Positions 1-9,746 of a stretch of 64,000 bases of DNA are shown here, one piece after another. Position numbers and translations under genes: made by a program. The notes below the pieces were generated by a model that saw only the letters and a list, made by a program, of their open reading frames with translations, ran no database searches and was not told the DNA's origin. The stretch is from a virus. How positions within the stretch are numbered: position 1 is the first letter of the stretch; each line of letters begins with the position of its first letter. The stretch lies in IMG/VR virus record IMGVR_UViG_3300030451_004287, positions 64,001 through 128,000 of that record. One strand, given 5' to 3'.

Positions 1-1
1 T

Positions 2-208
2 ACAATTACCAATCGTACCACGCGACTTCGAGAAGGAGCTTGGAATCCCTTTAGTGGTGTCTTTGGTGCTACAGCAGCGAACGAAGGTACACTAAGCAAT
101 GTTACAATGGCATTTGGTGCTGATAGTGGTGTTCTTACAAGTGGTCCGACCTATCAATTCGGTAGTAACGTTCCAAAGCAAGATGACTATGAAGCTCCAA
201 CTACATAG
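2..208 (+). CDS. 3' part of a hypothetical phage protein (runs off the window start)
   Basis: Open frame from nt 2 (TITNRTTRLREGAWNPFSG...DDYEAPTT) to TAG at 206-208; not in the ORF track; followed by a terminator. Confidence 0.7.
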   Translation, partial: TITNRTTRLREGAWNPFSGVFGATAANEGTLSNVTMAFGADSGVLTSGPTYQFGSNVPKQDDYEAPTT

Positions 209-253
209 TAGTAATATAATTAAGTTATTTGATTGTGCGATTTAAGTACTTAT

Positions 254-286
254 AATAAGCCAATGTCTATCATTGGCTTATTTTTT
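254..286 (+). terminator. Rho-independent terminator
   Basis: Perfect 12-bp stem AATAAGCCAATG / CATTGGCTTATT, loop TCTAT, followed by a T-run; lies 45 nt after the stop at 208. Confidence 0.85.
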
Positions 287-301
287 ATCACAGAAAGCAA
301 C

Positions 302-610
302 ATGATGGACACATTACTGCAACACTTATTACCAGAATGGATAAGCCTCGCTGTAGTTTTAATAGGTCTTTGGGTTAGTATTGGAAGAAATCTAGTAACT
401 AAAGCTGAGGTAGAAAAAATGATAGCATCTTTATCTCCATATAATGTAGACAAACAATTTATATATGAAAGGTTGGATATGAATAAAGAAATGCAAGAAC
501 AATTTGCTGATGCTCTACAAAGAAATACAGAAGTTATGAATGATTTAAAAGTACAAATAGCTACATTGAGCAAGACTTTAGAAACTATAGAACATCATAT
601 TCAAAAGTAG
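302..610 (+). CDS. membrane-anchored coiled-coil protein (holin/spanin-like architecture)
   Basis: One N-terminal TM helix (WISLAVVLIGLWVSI) plus a heptad-rich C-terminus; start moved from 233 to ATG 302 because the upstream part overlaps the terminator. Confidence 0.6.
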   Translation: MMDTLLQHLLPEWISLAVVLIGLWVSIGRNLVTKAEVEKMIASLSPYNVDKQFIYERLDMNKEMQEQFADALQRNTEVMNDLKVQIATLSKTLETIEHHIQK

Positions 611-617
611 GACTATT

Positions 618-845
618 ATGAGTTATTTCGATGATATGTATAAAAAGTTTAAGACTAATTCAGAGTATAATCCTGAAGTAGAAGGTGAAGACATTTTTAA
701 TATAGCTGGTTATGATCCAACGGATTCTGGTGGAACAGGATATTTTGCTGATGTTAGAGGAACTGGTACTGGTGCTGGTACAGTAGGTCACGTTTATCGC
801 AATAGTGATGGTGATTTTTTCCTTAGAATTAGAGCTACGGGCTAA
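618..845 (+). CDS. hypothetical protein
   Basis: 75-aa ORF with AGGA RBS; Gly/Thr-rich. Confidence 0.6.
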   Translation: MSYFDDMYKKFKTNSEYNPEVEGEDIFNIAGYDPTDSGGTGYFADVRGTGTGAGTVGHVYRNSDGDFFLRIRATG

Positions 846-861
846 AAGGTGTATATAAATA
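845..861 (+). promoter_or_regulatory. candidate phage promoter motif AAAGGTGTATA (overlaps TATAAATA)
   Basis: Intergenic 11-mer repeated identically at 28106-28116; ~35 nt upstream of an ATG with AGGAG RBS. Confidence 0.45.
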
Positions 862-890
862 TAGTATTGTACAATAACTAGGAGTAAATT

Positions 891-1121
891 ATGGCGATTT
901 CAACTACAGATGTTTTGACCTCAGCAATTACTACGAGCGATGCTGTTAAGAATGGCACTATCGTTTTAGCTGTGTCACCAGTATTGGGAACTACTCAAGA
1001 TATTAATACTTATGTTGTAAGCACTCCCGGTCACACAGGAGTACAGACAACACTGACAAATAGACTTGATGAAGTAGCATACTATAACACAGCAAGCGGT
1101 ATTTCTGGTGGCGGTGCATAA
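891..1121 (+). CDS. small Ser/Thr-rich hypothetical protein (possible virion protein)
   Basis: 76 aa, 22 Ser+Thr, strong AGGAG RBS. Confidence 0.65.
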   Translation: MAISTTDVLTSAITTSDAVKNGTIVLAVSPVLGTTQDINTYVVSTPGHTGVQTTLTNRLDEVAYYNTASGISGGGA

Positions 1122-1462
1122 TGAAACCGGGTTACAAAACAACAGAGTTTTGGTTTACCCTAGCAACTTTTATCGTTAGTGGATTATTTTTGTTGGGGCT
1201 TTTTAGAGATGAGTCTCAAAAAGATGAATTAATTATTGTAATCAGTCACGCTATTGAGAGTATATTCTTAATAGGCGGACAGGTTATGATATTTTTAAGG
1301 TATATGCAAGGACGCAGAGAAGAAAAATTAATTAGAGTTTATAACGAGGTGGAACACGATGACAGCAGCATTTATTCAACAGAACGACCCGAACCAGACA
1401 ACAAAAGAATTGATCCGGCAAGAAGTTCTAAAACTAATTACCGAAGTAAAAATCTCTCTTAA
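1121..1462 (+). CDS. holin-like two-TM membrane protein
   Basis: MKPGYKTTEFW start, two hydrophobic helices, charged C-terminal tail. Confidence 0.5.
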   Translation: MKPGYKTTEFWFTLATFIVSGLFLLGLFRDESQKDELIIVISHAIESIFLIGGQVMIFLRYMQGRREEKLIRVYNEVEHDDSSIYSTERPEPDNKRIDPARSSKTNYRSKNLS

Positions 1463-1850
1463 AGATGTAAAACGCTTTGCTATTTCTGAAGCATGGAAAG
1501 TTTTACAGTTAGTAGTAGCGGTTGTAATCCAAATCATTGAAAAGTTAGGCGAAAATTTAAGTGGGCCTGAGAAGAAAAAAGTCGCACTAGAAGTTATAGA
1601 AAACTTTTATGACACAGTATTAGGCTCGATTGATATTCCGGGCATTCCAAGTTTTCTCGAACCTATGTTTCATAATAGCGTAAAAAGTCTTATGATGATA
1701 TTTGTAGGAGCTAGTATAGATGCTATGGTAGCTACATTTAGAAATGTTGGAGTATTTAAATCAAAATACATAGAAGGTCAATCAACAGACAGCACTTTAG
1801 TTGATCAATTATTAAATGATATATCACAAATAGTAAAGGTGGAGACATGA
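1359..1850 (+). CDS. hypothetical helical protein
   Basis: 163 aa, GAGGTGG RBS, LSGPEKKKVAL segment. Confidence 0.65.
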   Translation: MTAAFIQQNDPNQTTKELIRQEVLKLITEVKISLKDVKRFAISEAWKVLQLVVAVVIQIIEKLGENLSGPEKKKVALEVIENFYDTVLGSIDIPGIPSFLEPMFHNSVKSLMMIFVGASIDAMVATFRNVGVFKSKYIEGQSTDSTLVDQLLNDISQIVKVET

Positions 1851-2197
1851 ATTATTTAGAACAGTTTGCTAAAGAAAGTACAGCTTTCGATCTTGCTTTA
1901 TATGCTGGCGTAATAGGAATTTGTTTTGTATTATTTAAAGATAAACTTGCTCCGGTCACAAAATGGATAGGTGATGTAATAGCAAAATTAAAACCTAATT
2001 TAAAAACTCCTGATTTAGATTTTATTACTGTGGTAGAATCTAGAGATGAAGACACAGAATTATTTTTTGAACTTGTTAAAAGCTGGAAAAAGACTAGAGA
2101 TTTAGCAGAAGATTATGGTGCAACTAAAGCTGTTGATATAGCAGATCAAATGTTTCCTTACTTAGTTCCAAATGAAGAAGAGATAACTGATGAGTAG
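1847..2197 (+). CDS. hypothetical membrane protein
   Basis: N-terminal TM helix; ATGA overlap with the upstream gene. Confidence 0.65.
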   Translation: MNYLEQFAKESTAFDLALYAGVIGICFVLFKDKLAPVTKWIGDVIAKLKPNLKTPDLDFITVVESRDEDTELFFELVKSWKKTRDLAEDYGATKAVDIADQMFPYLVPNEEEITDE

Positions 2198-2693
2198 AGA
2201 TAAAATTATACTGTGCGTAGCTGGATTACTTTTATTTATTGGAGTATTTAAACCTAACTTAAATTGGTTACGGCCTTCTATACCAACACCAACTGTAGTC
2301 GATGTTGTAGAAATAGAAGCTCCAGAAGATAAAGAATTAAAAGCATTAGCAGAGAATGTTAGAGACTGTTTCTTAAATAGTTCTTCATCAACACGACAAA
2401 ATGATTCTAGACTGCTAGCTAACCTGTATAAAGATATTGCTATATTAATTAGTTTAAATAGTACTAATGAAGTTATAACTACAACAGAAGCTATTAGACA
2501 AGCAAATGTTTTGTGTGGTGCTATGTTGAACTTAGATATAAAAGGTAAGTATGAAGGATTATCTGAAGCAGCAGAGAAATTATTATCAGAAACTATAGGG
2601 GTTGATAATGTAAAGATGACAAAAGAATTAAGAGAAAAAAGTGTTAATTGTTTTAACGCTTTATCATGGGCTTGTCAAGAAGGAAGTAAATAA
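2190..2693 (+). CDS. hypothetical exported or membrane-anchored protein
   Basis: N-terminal hydrophobic helix, Pro/Thr linker, helical domain. Confidence 0.65.
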   Translation: MSRDKIILCVAGLLLFIGVFKPNLNWLRPSIPTPTVVDVVEIEAPEDKELKALAENVRDCFLNSSSSTRQNDSRLLANLYKDIAILISLNSTNEVITTTEAIRQANVLCGAMLNLDIKGKYEGLSEAAEKLLSETIGVDNVKMTKELREKSVNCFNALSWACQEGSK

Positions 2694-3619
2694 TGCCACG
2701 ATATACCCCACAAACATTAAATAGATTATATAATGATGGTCTTAATGGGGCTATTTGGGAGCAAGAACATTTTGATACTTTTATGTCTACATTGAAATAT
2801 CCTTTATTTCATGATGCTGATATTAGAATTAGAAATAGCGGTAAAGGCAAACTAAGCACACCTTTTAAAAGTGTTTTAAAGTTTGACCCAAACGCTTACG
2901 AAGAACGACAAACTACAGGTGATTGTGTGTCTCACTCTACTCGAAACGGATGTGATCTAAGTAGAGCAGTAGAGATAGATGTTAAAGGAGAAAATGAAGG
3001 CTGGGTTACTAGAGGTGCTACTGAGGCTATCTACGGATGTAGAGGTCATGGCGGTCAGGGTATGAGTTGTAGTAGAGCAACACAATTTGTTAGTAAAATG
3101 GGAGGAATTGTTTTAAGGAAAAATTATCCGGGTATTGTTGATTTAAGTAAATATAAAAGTTCTATTGGTACTAAATGGGGAACTAGAGGAGTTCCTGAAG
3201 CACTAAAAAAAATTGCTGATGATAACCAAGTTAAAACTACTTCATTAATTAAAACTGTAGACGAAGCAAGAGATGCATTAGCGAATGGGTATGGTATAAG
3301 TGTGTGTAGTGGTTATGGATTTTCTAACCGTAGAGACTCTAAGGGATTTGCGCGAAAAAGTGGGTCATGGGCACATGCGATGTGCTGGACAGCTTGCGAC
3401 GATACGGGTAGTGAACCTGCATTTTTAGTTCAAAATAGCTGGGGTAAATGGAACTCTGGAGGACATCCAGAATGGGGTCCTATCCCAGATGGTTCTTTTT
3501 TAATACACGCTGATATTGCGGCTGGTATGCTTAGAGGTAATGGAGCATATGCTTACAGTAATGTAGATGGGTTTCCTCCACAAAAACTTCCTAATTACGG
3601 ATTTGAAAGTTATTTATGA
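2693..3619 (+). CDS. papain-like (C1 family) cysteine peptidase
   Basis: Q-x4-C (QTTGDCVSH), WAHAM His and QNSWG Asn: a complete C1 catalytic set. Confidence 0.85.
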   Translation: MPRYTPQTLNRLYNDGLNGAIWEQEHFDTFMSTLKYPLFHDADIRIRNSGKGKLSTPFKSVLKFDPNAYEERQTTGDCVSHSTRNGCDLSRAVEIDVKGENEGWVTRGATEAIYGCRGHGGQGMSCSRATQFVSKMGGIVLRKNYPGIVDLSKYKSSIGTKWGTRGVPEALKKIADDNQVKTTSLIKTVDEARDALANGYGISVCSGYGFSNRRDSKGFARKSGSWAHAMCWTACDDTGSEPAFLVQNSWGKWNSGGHPEWGPIPDGSFLIHADIAAGMLRGNGAYAYSNVDGFPPQKLPNYGFESYL

Positions 3620-3801
3620 CAGACGATAAAAAAGAAGAAAAAGAAACAGGAGGTTGGATAGATCAGCTTCTTATGAATCAATTAATTAGAATATTAAGTG
3701 ATTTTATTTTAGGTGTGCTAAAACTATTTAGTACCGATAAAAATATAACAAAACCCAAAAGACCATTAAAAGATCTACTCGATAGGTGGTTTAAGAAATG
3801 A
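3616..3801 (+). CDS. small hypothetical amphipathic protein
   Basis: 61 aa, ATGA-coupled at both ends. Confidence 0.55.
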   Translation: MTDDKKEEKETGGWIDQLLMNQLIRILSDFILGVLKLFSTDKNITKPKRPLKDLLDRWFKK

Positions 3802-4052
3802 TTAGATTAACATTATGTAGTTTTTTAGTATTATTTTTTATGTCTAATACAATAAGCGATACTACACCTATCGTAGTTATTGCTGGAGCGTCAATCAAAG
3901 CTCAGTCAGTCCCAGTAAAAGAAAAATATAAAAGAGAAGACTGTCCAATTTGTAAAGGTAAAGGTTGGTACATTAGTGGTGATGGTATCAAAAAGGTTGA
4001 GTGCGGTTACTGTGAACCGTCAAAACCTAAGACTGAATTCTATAAATATTGA
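3798..4052 (+). CDS. signal-peptide protein with CxxCxGxG...CxxC zinc finger
   Basis: Hydrophobic N-terminus; CPICKGKG and CGYC motifs. Confidence 0.6.
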   Translation: MIRLTLCSFLVLFFMSNTISDTTPIVVIAGASIKAQSVPVKEKYKREDCPICKGKGWYISGDGIKKVECGYCEPSKPKTEFYKY

Positions 4053-4060
4053 GGAAAATC

Positions 4061-4426
4061 ATGTCTGATTCACAAGTAGAAAACTTTGCAAGAAAAGTAT
4101 TAGCAGAAACTTCTATACCAGAAGAAGAAGAATTTGGTAGCATTATAGCTTTACTTATGATCATCAGTTTATGCTTTACTGCCATAAGAATTGTACAAGA
4201 ATGCAAAAAGAATAACTCTTCTATAGAAGATATTCAAAGTGATATTATTAAATTTTCTCAAGAGAGAATATTAGCCAAATGGAGACTACGCAGAGAAATG
4301 CGTAAGGCTATGAGTAAACAACAATATAAAAAATATAGGTCTGAATTGGAGTCAGCACTAGTTAATGTAGGGAGTAATATTTCGTATTCAGAAACAGAAG
4401 CTTTACTGGAGGCTATAAATGATTAG
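4061..4426 (+). CDS. hypothetical membrane protein
   Basis: ATG 4061 after GAGGA RBS; one TM helix. Confidence 0.6.
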   Translation: MSDSQVENFARKVLAETSIPEEEEFGSIIALLMIISLCFTAIRIVQECKKNNSSIEDIQSDIIKFSQERILAKWRLRREMRKAMSKQQYKKYRSELESALVNVGSNISYSETEALLEAIND

Positions 4427-4664
4427 TATATTAGCATGGTGTGTATATGGTGTTATTGTAGGTTCAGTTGCTAAAACAATAGTACCGGGTGAAGAAAAAA
4501 TGGGTTTCTTTCAAACAGTTGCCCTCGGTGTTGTTGGTTCTTATATGGGTGGTGCAGCAAATTACTTATTAGGATTCGATGATGCTTTTGGTCCAACAGG
4601 AATTTTTATGGGAATCGCTGGTGGCGTGCTGGCACTAATAACTTATAATAAATTAAAATCATAG
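4419..4664 (+). CDS. GlsB/YeaQ/YmgE (transglycosylase-associated) family membrane protein
   Basis: Three Gly-rich TM helices; W..G.I.G..AK.I.PG and LGVVGSYMGG motifs. Confidence 0.8.
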   Translation: MISILAWCVYGVIVGSVAKTIVPGEEKMGFFQTVALGVVGSYMGGAANYLLGFDDAFGPTGIFMGIAGGVLALITYNKLKS

Positions 4665-4671
4665 GACTTAA

Positions 4672-5514
4672 ATGTTTATATTCGTAGCTGATTTGTTTGC
4701 TGAAGATTTCTTGGGTGGTGCTGAATTAACTAGTGAAGCTATCTTAAATAAAGCTACAGATAAAGTAATTAAAGTTAGGTCTAGTGATCTTACATTAGAT
4801 TTCGTTAAGTCTCATGAAGACGCTAAATGGATATTTGGTAATTTCTTGGGGATTAATCGTATCATACCAGAATATTTCCTACATAAGAATCTTAACTATT
4901 CTATTATTGAATATGATTATAAATATTGTGATATTAGAATGCCTGAAGCTTGTAAACAACATAGAGGTGAATGTTGTGAAAATAAACCTATTGGTCAATT
5001 AATTAAGAGATTTTTTTTAGGCGCTAAAGATATTTGGTATATGTCTAAGCAGCAAAAAGACTGGTACGAGTCAGTTTTTCCAGAATTAGCAAAAGATAAT
5101 TCTTATGTTTTAAGTTCTATATTTGACGATGCGACTTTAGATAAAATTTGTAAATTAGACACCACCAATAAAGATGATGTATTTTTAATACAAGATCATC
5201 AGCATCCATTAAAAGGAACATCTGTAGCTATCTCTGTAGCAAAAGACAATAATTTAAAGTATCGTAAATTTTCAAATTTATCACATGATCAGTTGCTTGA
5301 ATTATTTGCAAAATCTAAAGGTTTAATTTTTGTTCCAACGCAATTTGATACCTGCCCTAGAGTTACAATAGAAGCTAAAATGCTTGACTGTGCATTAATA
5401 TTAAGTAACAAAGTTCAACACGCTAATGAGGATTGGTTTAACGGATCTAAAGAAGATATAATTAATTACATGAAAGAACGACTAGATTTTTTCTGGACAA
5501 CCGTAAGTAAGTAA
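4672..5514 (+). CDS. GT-B fold (GT4-like) glycosyltransferase
   Basis: GGAELT N-terminal motif, KG motif, DTCPRVTIEAKMLDC C-terminal motif. Confidence 0.75.
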   Translation: MFIFVADLFAEDFLGGAELTSEAILNKATDKVIKVRSSDLTLDFVKSHEDAKWIFGNFLGINRIIPEYFLHKNLNYSIIEYDYKYCDIRMPEACKQHRGECCENKPIGQLIKRFFLGAKDIWYMSKQQKDWYESVFPELAKDNSYVLSSIFDDATLDKICKLDTTNKDDVFLIQDHQHPLKGTSVAISVAKDNNLKYRKFSNLSHDQLLELFAKSKGLIFVPTQFDTCPRVTIEAKMLDCALILSNKVQHANEDWFNGSKEDIINYMKERLDFFWTTVSK

Positions 5515-5515
5515 T

Positions 5516-6337
5516 ATGAATACTTTTAAGGTGATAGTTCCTGTGTATAATGCTCAGGAATGGATTATTAATAATTTAAATATTCTTCATTCACAAACAC
5601 ACAAACATTTTGAGTGTGTAATTATTGATGATATGTCTACAGATAAAACTGTAGAATATATTGAAAAATATTTATCTATAATTAATGACGATAGATTTAA
5701 ATTAGTTGTTAATACAGAAAAGGCATACGCTCTTAAAAACATATATCAAGGGATTCAACATGGTGGTGTTGCTTTTTGTGATATCATTGTTGTTGTAGAT
5801 GGCGATGATTGGTTAGTAAATGATAGGGTATTAGAATATTTAGATAAGTTTTATACCGAAAAAGAATGTTGGTTGACATACGGTAGTTTTGTTGTTTATC
5901 CTCATGCTTACAAAGGTAGAGAGGCTAGTCCGTATCCTAACGAAATTATTGAAAAGAATCTTTATAGAAAAGATGCGTGGAGAGCATCACACTTAAAAAC
6001 ATTTAAATATCATCTTTGGTCTAAGGTTGAAGAAAAAGATTTACAGGATAAAGATGGTAAGTTTTATGAGTGTGCGTATGACCAAGCTATGATGTTACCT
6101 ATGTTAGAAATGGCTGGACATAGGGCTGAATATATTGACGAAATTCTATATGTTTATAATGTAACTAATCCACAAGCTGTCAATCAAACAAGAGTAAATA
6201 AACAAACAGAAATTATGGTTGAAGTTAGACATAAACAACCTTATTCTAGAATAGATATATATTCTGAAGGTCTTTTAAAAACCAGCAGCAAATCATTTGT
6301 TGACATAGAGGATACAAAACAAGGCAACAGTAAATGA
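5516..6337 (+). CDS. GT2 family glycosyltransferase
   Basis: VIVPVYN, IIDDMSTD, VDGDD (DxD) and LYVYN motifs. Confidence 0.9.
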   Translation: MNTFKVIVPVYNAQEWIINNLNILHSQTHKHFECVIIDDMSTDKTVEYIEKYLSIINDDRFKLVVNTEKAYALKNIYQGIQHGGVAFCDIIVVVDGDDWLVNDRVLEYLDKFYTEKECWLTYGSFVVYPHAYKGREASPYPNEIIEKNLYRKDAWRASHLKTFKYHLWSKVEEKDLQDKDGKFYECAYDQAMMLPMLEMAGHRAEYIDEILYVYNVTNPQAVNQTRVNKQTEIMVEVRHKQPYSRIDIYSEGLLKTSSKSFVDIEDTKQGNSK

Positions 6338-7242
6338 AGATAGCATTGGAAAATGTAGATTTAAATAGTAGCAGCGGTCCAAACTCATTCGGGCAAAAAT
6401 TAGTTGCACATTTAAAAGACACTGTTAGTACAGGCGGTACTCATGCTCAATTTACAAACATAAGTGACGCTGATATAGCATTGTGTTTTATTGAATCGAC
6501 GACTCAAATAAACATACCAAGAGTTTTAAGACTAGATGGAATTTATTTTAATTCCGCAATGAATTACGATCAATTAAATTTTAATATAAAACATACATAC
6601 GATCGTTCACAAGGTATTATATTTCAATCTGAATTTAATAAAAAGCTAATAACAAAATACTTTGGAGAGCATAATAATAGTGTTGTGATCCATAATGGTG
6701 CTGACGTAGAAACAATTTCAAAAATACCAGCATATGAACACAACTATAATAATCTTTGGATCTGTGCATCACAATGGAGACCTCATAAAAGACTTGATAA
6801 AAATATAAGATATTTTTTAGAACATAAAGAAGTTGGAGATCATTTAATTGTAGCGGGTAATACTCCTAGTCAAATAGAAGATCCACGAATTACATATGTT
6901 GGTCAATTAAATCAAAATCAATTATATAGTTTGTATAAATCAGCAAAATACTTTTTACATCTAGCTTGGCTAGATCATTGTCCAAATGTTGTTGTAGATG
7001 CTAGAGCTTGTGGTTGTCATATTATATGTACCAATGCTGGTGGTACAGTAGAAATAGCTGGGCCAAATTCTACTATTATAGATGAAGACGAATGGGATTT
7101 TAAACCAGTTGCTTTATACGAACCCCCTAATTTAGACTTTAGTAAAAAAATTGACAATGTCTATAATGTAGATTACAATATGAATATTGTTGCTAGTAAA
7201 TATCTCAATTTTATAAAGGATGTTCATGCCAGTAGTCATTAG
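6334..7242 (+). CDS. GT4 family glycosyltransferase
   Basis: SSGPNSF, IHNG, WRPHKR and DHCPNVVVDARACG..I..NAGG motifs. Confidence 0.85.
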   Translation: MKIALENVDLNSSSGPNSFGQKLVAHLKDTVSTGGTHAQFTNISDADIALCFIESTTQINIPRVLRLDGIYFNSAMNYDQLNFNIKHTYDRSQGIIFQSEFNKKLITKYFGEHNNSVVIHNGADVETISKIPAYEHNYNNLWICASQWRPHKRLDKNIRYFLEHKEVGDHLIVAGNTPSQIEDPRITYVGQLNQNQLYSLYKSAKYFLHLAWLDHCPNVVVDARACGCHIICTNAGGTVEIAGPNSTIIDEDEWDFKPVALYEPPNLDFSKKIDNVYNVDYNMNIVASKYLNFIKDVHASSH

Positions 7243-8044
7243 AAATATCTTTGAAGAATACGTTAAAGACACTTTTAATTTGCAAGATTGCATCGCTGTT
7301 AATAGCGGAACTAGTGCTTTAATAGCAACTTTATGGTCTATGGATTTAAAACCCGACGATGAAGTAATAACAACACCATTTACATTTATTGCTACATCTA
7401 ATGCTATTTTGATAGCTGGTGCTAAACCTGTATTTGTGGATATTGATCCAAATACTTTACTAATTGACGCAAATAAAATTAAGGAAAAAATCAATAGTAA
7501 AACCAAAGCAATTATGCCCGTACATTTATACGGTCGTGTATGTGATATGGACGCTATCAATAGTCTTGCAAAATCAAATAACTTAGCAGTTATTGAAGAT
7601 AGTTCTCAGGCTTTTGGGGCTACATATAAAGACGGATGTAATAATATTAGACAAGCTGGAATGATGAGTGATGCTGGAACTTTTAGTTTTTATAAAACAA
7701 AAAACATATCTACATTTGAAGGAGGTATGATATGTATACCTAAGTATAGTAAGATTGATAGTGTTAAAGTAAGATCTATTTGTGACCAAGGTCAAATTGG
7801 TAGATATAATCATGAGTATATAGGTTTTAATTTTAGATTAGCTGAACCATTATGTCTAATGGCATACGAACAAATGAAATTACATATGACTGGAATAAAA
7901 TCTGAACTAGGTTTAAGAGGACCAAAACAAGGACATTATCCTAAAGTAGTATATGAACAGCCTATTTATAAGAAATTAAATATCACCGGAGACTGCCCAA
8001 TAGCAGAAAATGTTGCCGACAAAATTTCTAAGGGAGAATATTGA
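7220..8044 (+). CDS. DegT/DnrJ/EryC1/StrS PLP-dependent sugar aminotransferase (shortened)
   Basis: VNSGTSAL, TPFTFIAT, PVHLYG, IEDSSQA and SFYKTKNISTFEGG (catalytic Lys). Confidence 0.9.
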   Translation: MFMPVVIRNIFEEYVKDTFNLQDCIAVNSGTSALIATLWSMDLKPDDEVITTPFTFIATSNAILIAGAKPVFVDIDPNTLLIDANKIKEKINSKTKAIMPVHLYGRVCDMDAINSLAKSNNLAVIEDSSQAFGATYKDGCNNIRQAGMMSDAGTFSFYKTKNISTFEGGMICIPKYSKIDSVKVRSICDQGQIGRYNHEYIGFNFRLAEPLCLMAYEQMKLHMTGIKSELGLRGPKQGHYPKVVYEQPIYKKLNITGDCPIAENVADKISKGEY

Positions 8045-8871
8045 TGCGGTGTGCTGTGATTGGTTTGGGTGTGATGGGTAAAAATCATTATAAGATTTTA
8101 CAAGACATGCCTGCTATAAGTTCTGTTGTTACAGTAGATAGCCAAGAACCAGCAACATACAATAGTGTATCAGATATGCTCGTAGCGGAAGATGATATTG
8201 ATTTTGCTGTTGTGGCAACACCTACAATATCACACAAAGACGTTGCTATAGAATTAATTAAAAATAAAATACATGTATTAATAGAAAAACCAATATCTAA
8301 TGATATAGAAAATTCTAAAAAAATATTATATTTATCAACTCTAAACAATGTTAAAGTTGCAGTAGGCCATATTGAAAGATTTAATCCTGCGATTCAAAAT
8401 CTTCTAAAGCAAATAGAAGGTCAACAGGTAATTAATTGCAACATTATTAGGATTGGTCCGTATCCATCTAGAATTAAAGATGTAGGTGTTAAATTAGATT
8501 TGTCTGTTCATGATATGGATTTGTTGTCTTTTTTAACAAAAGAAAAAATAATAGACTCTTATTGTATATCTTCTAATATTAAAGGAGTCAATGAAGATAC
8601 GGTTAATTTTTTGTGTAAAATGTCTAATGGTTGTACCGGAACTATTTTTAATAGTTGGTTATCGCCACATAAAAAAAGAAACATTGAAATCTTAACAACA
8701 GAACAGTATTATAATGTTGATCTGATGTCGCATAATCTTAAAGGTAATGCTTTACAGTTAGAGTTAGAAGAATTTATTAAATATATTCAAACTGGAAACA
8801 TAGGATTTTTGTGCTCCCCCTCAGAAGCTATCAACACTCTAATTAATATATTATGGACGCAAATAACATAA
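8044..8871 (+). CDS. Gfo/Idh/MocA family NAD-dependent oxidoreductase (WbpB-like)
   Basis: IGLGVMG, ATPT..H, EKP, VGHIERFNP and DLSVHD motifs. Confidence 0.9.
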   Translation: MRCAVIGLGVMGKNHYKILQDMPAISSVVTVDSQEPATYNSVSDMLVAEDDIDFAVVATPTISHKDVAIELIKNKIHVLIEKPISNDIENSKKILYLSTLNNVKVAVGHIERFNPAIQNLLKQIEGQQVINCNIIRIGPYPSRIKDVGVKLDLSVHDMDLLSFLTKEKIIDSYCISSNIKGVNEDTVNFLCKMSNGCTGTIFNSWLSPHKKRNIEILTTEQYYNVDLMSHNLKGNALQLELEEFIKYIQTGNIGFLCSPSEAINTLINILWTQIT

Positions 8872-9740
8872 ACGCTTGTATTGTTTACATATCATCTAGA
8901 CACAAGTGTATAGACCAATCTTTACAGTCTCTATGGGAAAATTATAATTGTAAATATAATTATCCTGTTTATGTACATTACTTTGATGACATATATGATA
9001 ATAAAGTATCAAATACAGAACAGAATGTAAAATTTATTAGTGTTCCGTATAAAACACCAAGCTTTATACCAGAGAACGAACTGTTTTATAATCGTATGAA
9101 TTTGTGGTATGTAAGATCTAGTTTTAATATACAAAGAAAAGGTTATTTACATATGTGCAATTTTACTAGCAATATGTTTAAATATCCTAATACAGAAATA
9201 CATAATCACGATTTTGTGATGACTGTAGATGATGAGTCAATGTTTGTTAAAGAAATGCCTTACGACCCATTTGCTAAACTAATAGAAAACGATAAAGTTT
9301 TTGCGGCTATGAAGGTTGTAGATCAAACGGTTAAGAAACCACATCAAGGTAATTTTGACACAAGAATTAATCTATGGAATTTTGTCAAAGAATATATATC
9401 GCAAAATAACATAGAGCCTGCATCATCATTTATCTTAAAATTATTATCAGATCCTCAGAGTGATTACAATTTTAATTTTTATCCAGTTGCAGATTCTTAT
9501 GTTATAAACACTAAGCTGTTTGAAAGCCCAGAATGGAAACAGTGGATCAATGCAGTAAATGAGTCTGGTGGAATTTATAAATATCGTTGGGGTGATAATG
9601 ATGTGTATAGTTTATTTTGGTTAATATACAAGGGTGATTGTATCCATGATTTAAAAACAGTAGACGAAGGATATCATTCACAAGGAGCTTTAAGGCATTT
9701 ACAAGACTATGCTCCGGGTGTTAAAAATTTAGGACTATAA
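8853..9740 (+). CDS. GT15 (Kre2/Mnt1-like) glycosyltransferase
   Basis: GYLHMCNF resembles Kre2 YRHMCRF; VDDES; SGGIYKYRWGD resembles GGFFYERWGD. Confidence 0.7.
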   Translation: MDANNINACIVYISSRHKCIDQSLQSLWENYNCKYNYPVYVHYFDDIYDNKVSNTEQNVKFISVPYKTPSFIPENELFYNRMNLWYVRSSFNIQRKGYLHMCNFTSNMFKYPNTEIHNHDFVMTVDDESMFVKEMPYDPFAKLIENDKVFAAMKVVDQTVKKPHQGNFDTRINLWNFVKEYISQNNIEPASSFILKLLSDPQSDYNFNFYPVADSYVINTKLFESPEWKQWINAVNESGGIYKYRWGDNDVYSLFWLIYKGDCIHDLKTVDEGYHSQGALRHLQDYAPGVKNLGL

Positions 9741-9746
9741 ATTATA

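Noticed and set aside
233-301. N-terminal extension of the 233-610 ORF from TTG 233
   Set aside because: It overlaps a clear terminator hairpin; ATG 302/305 is more plausible
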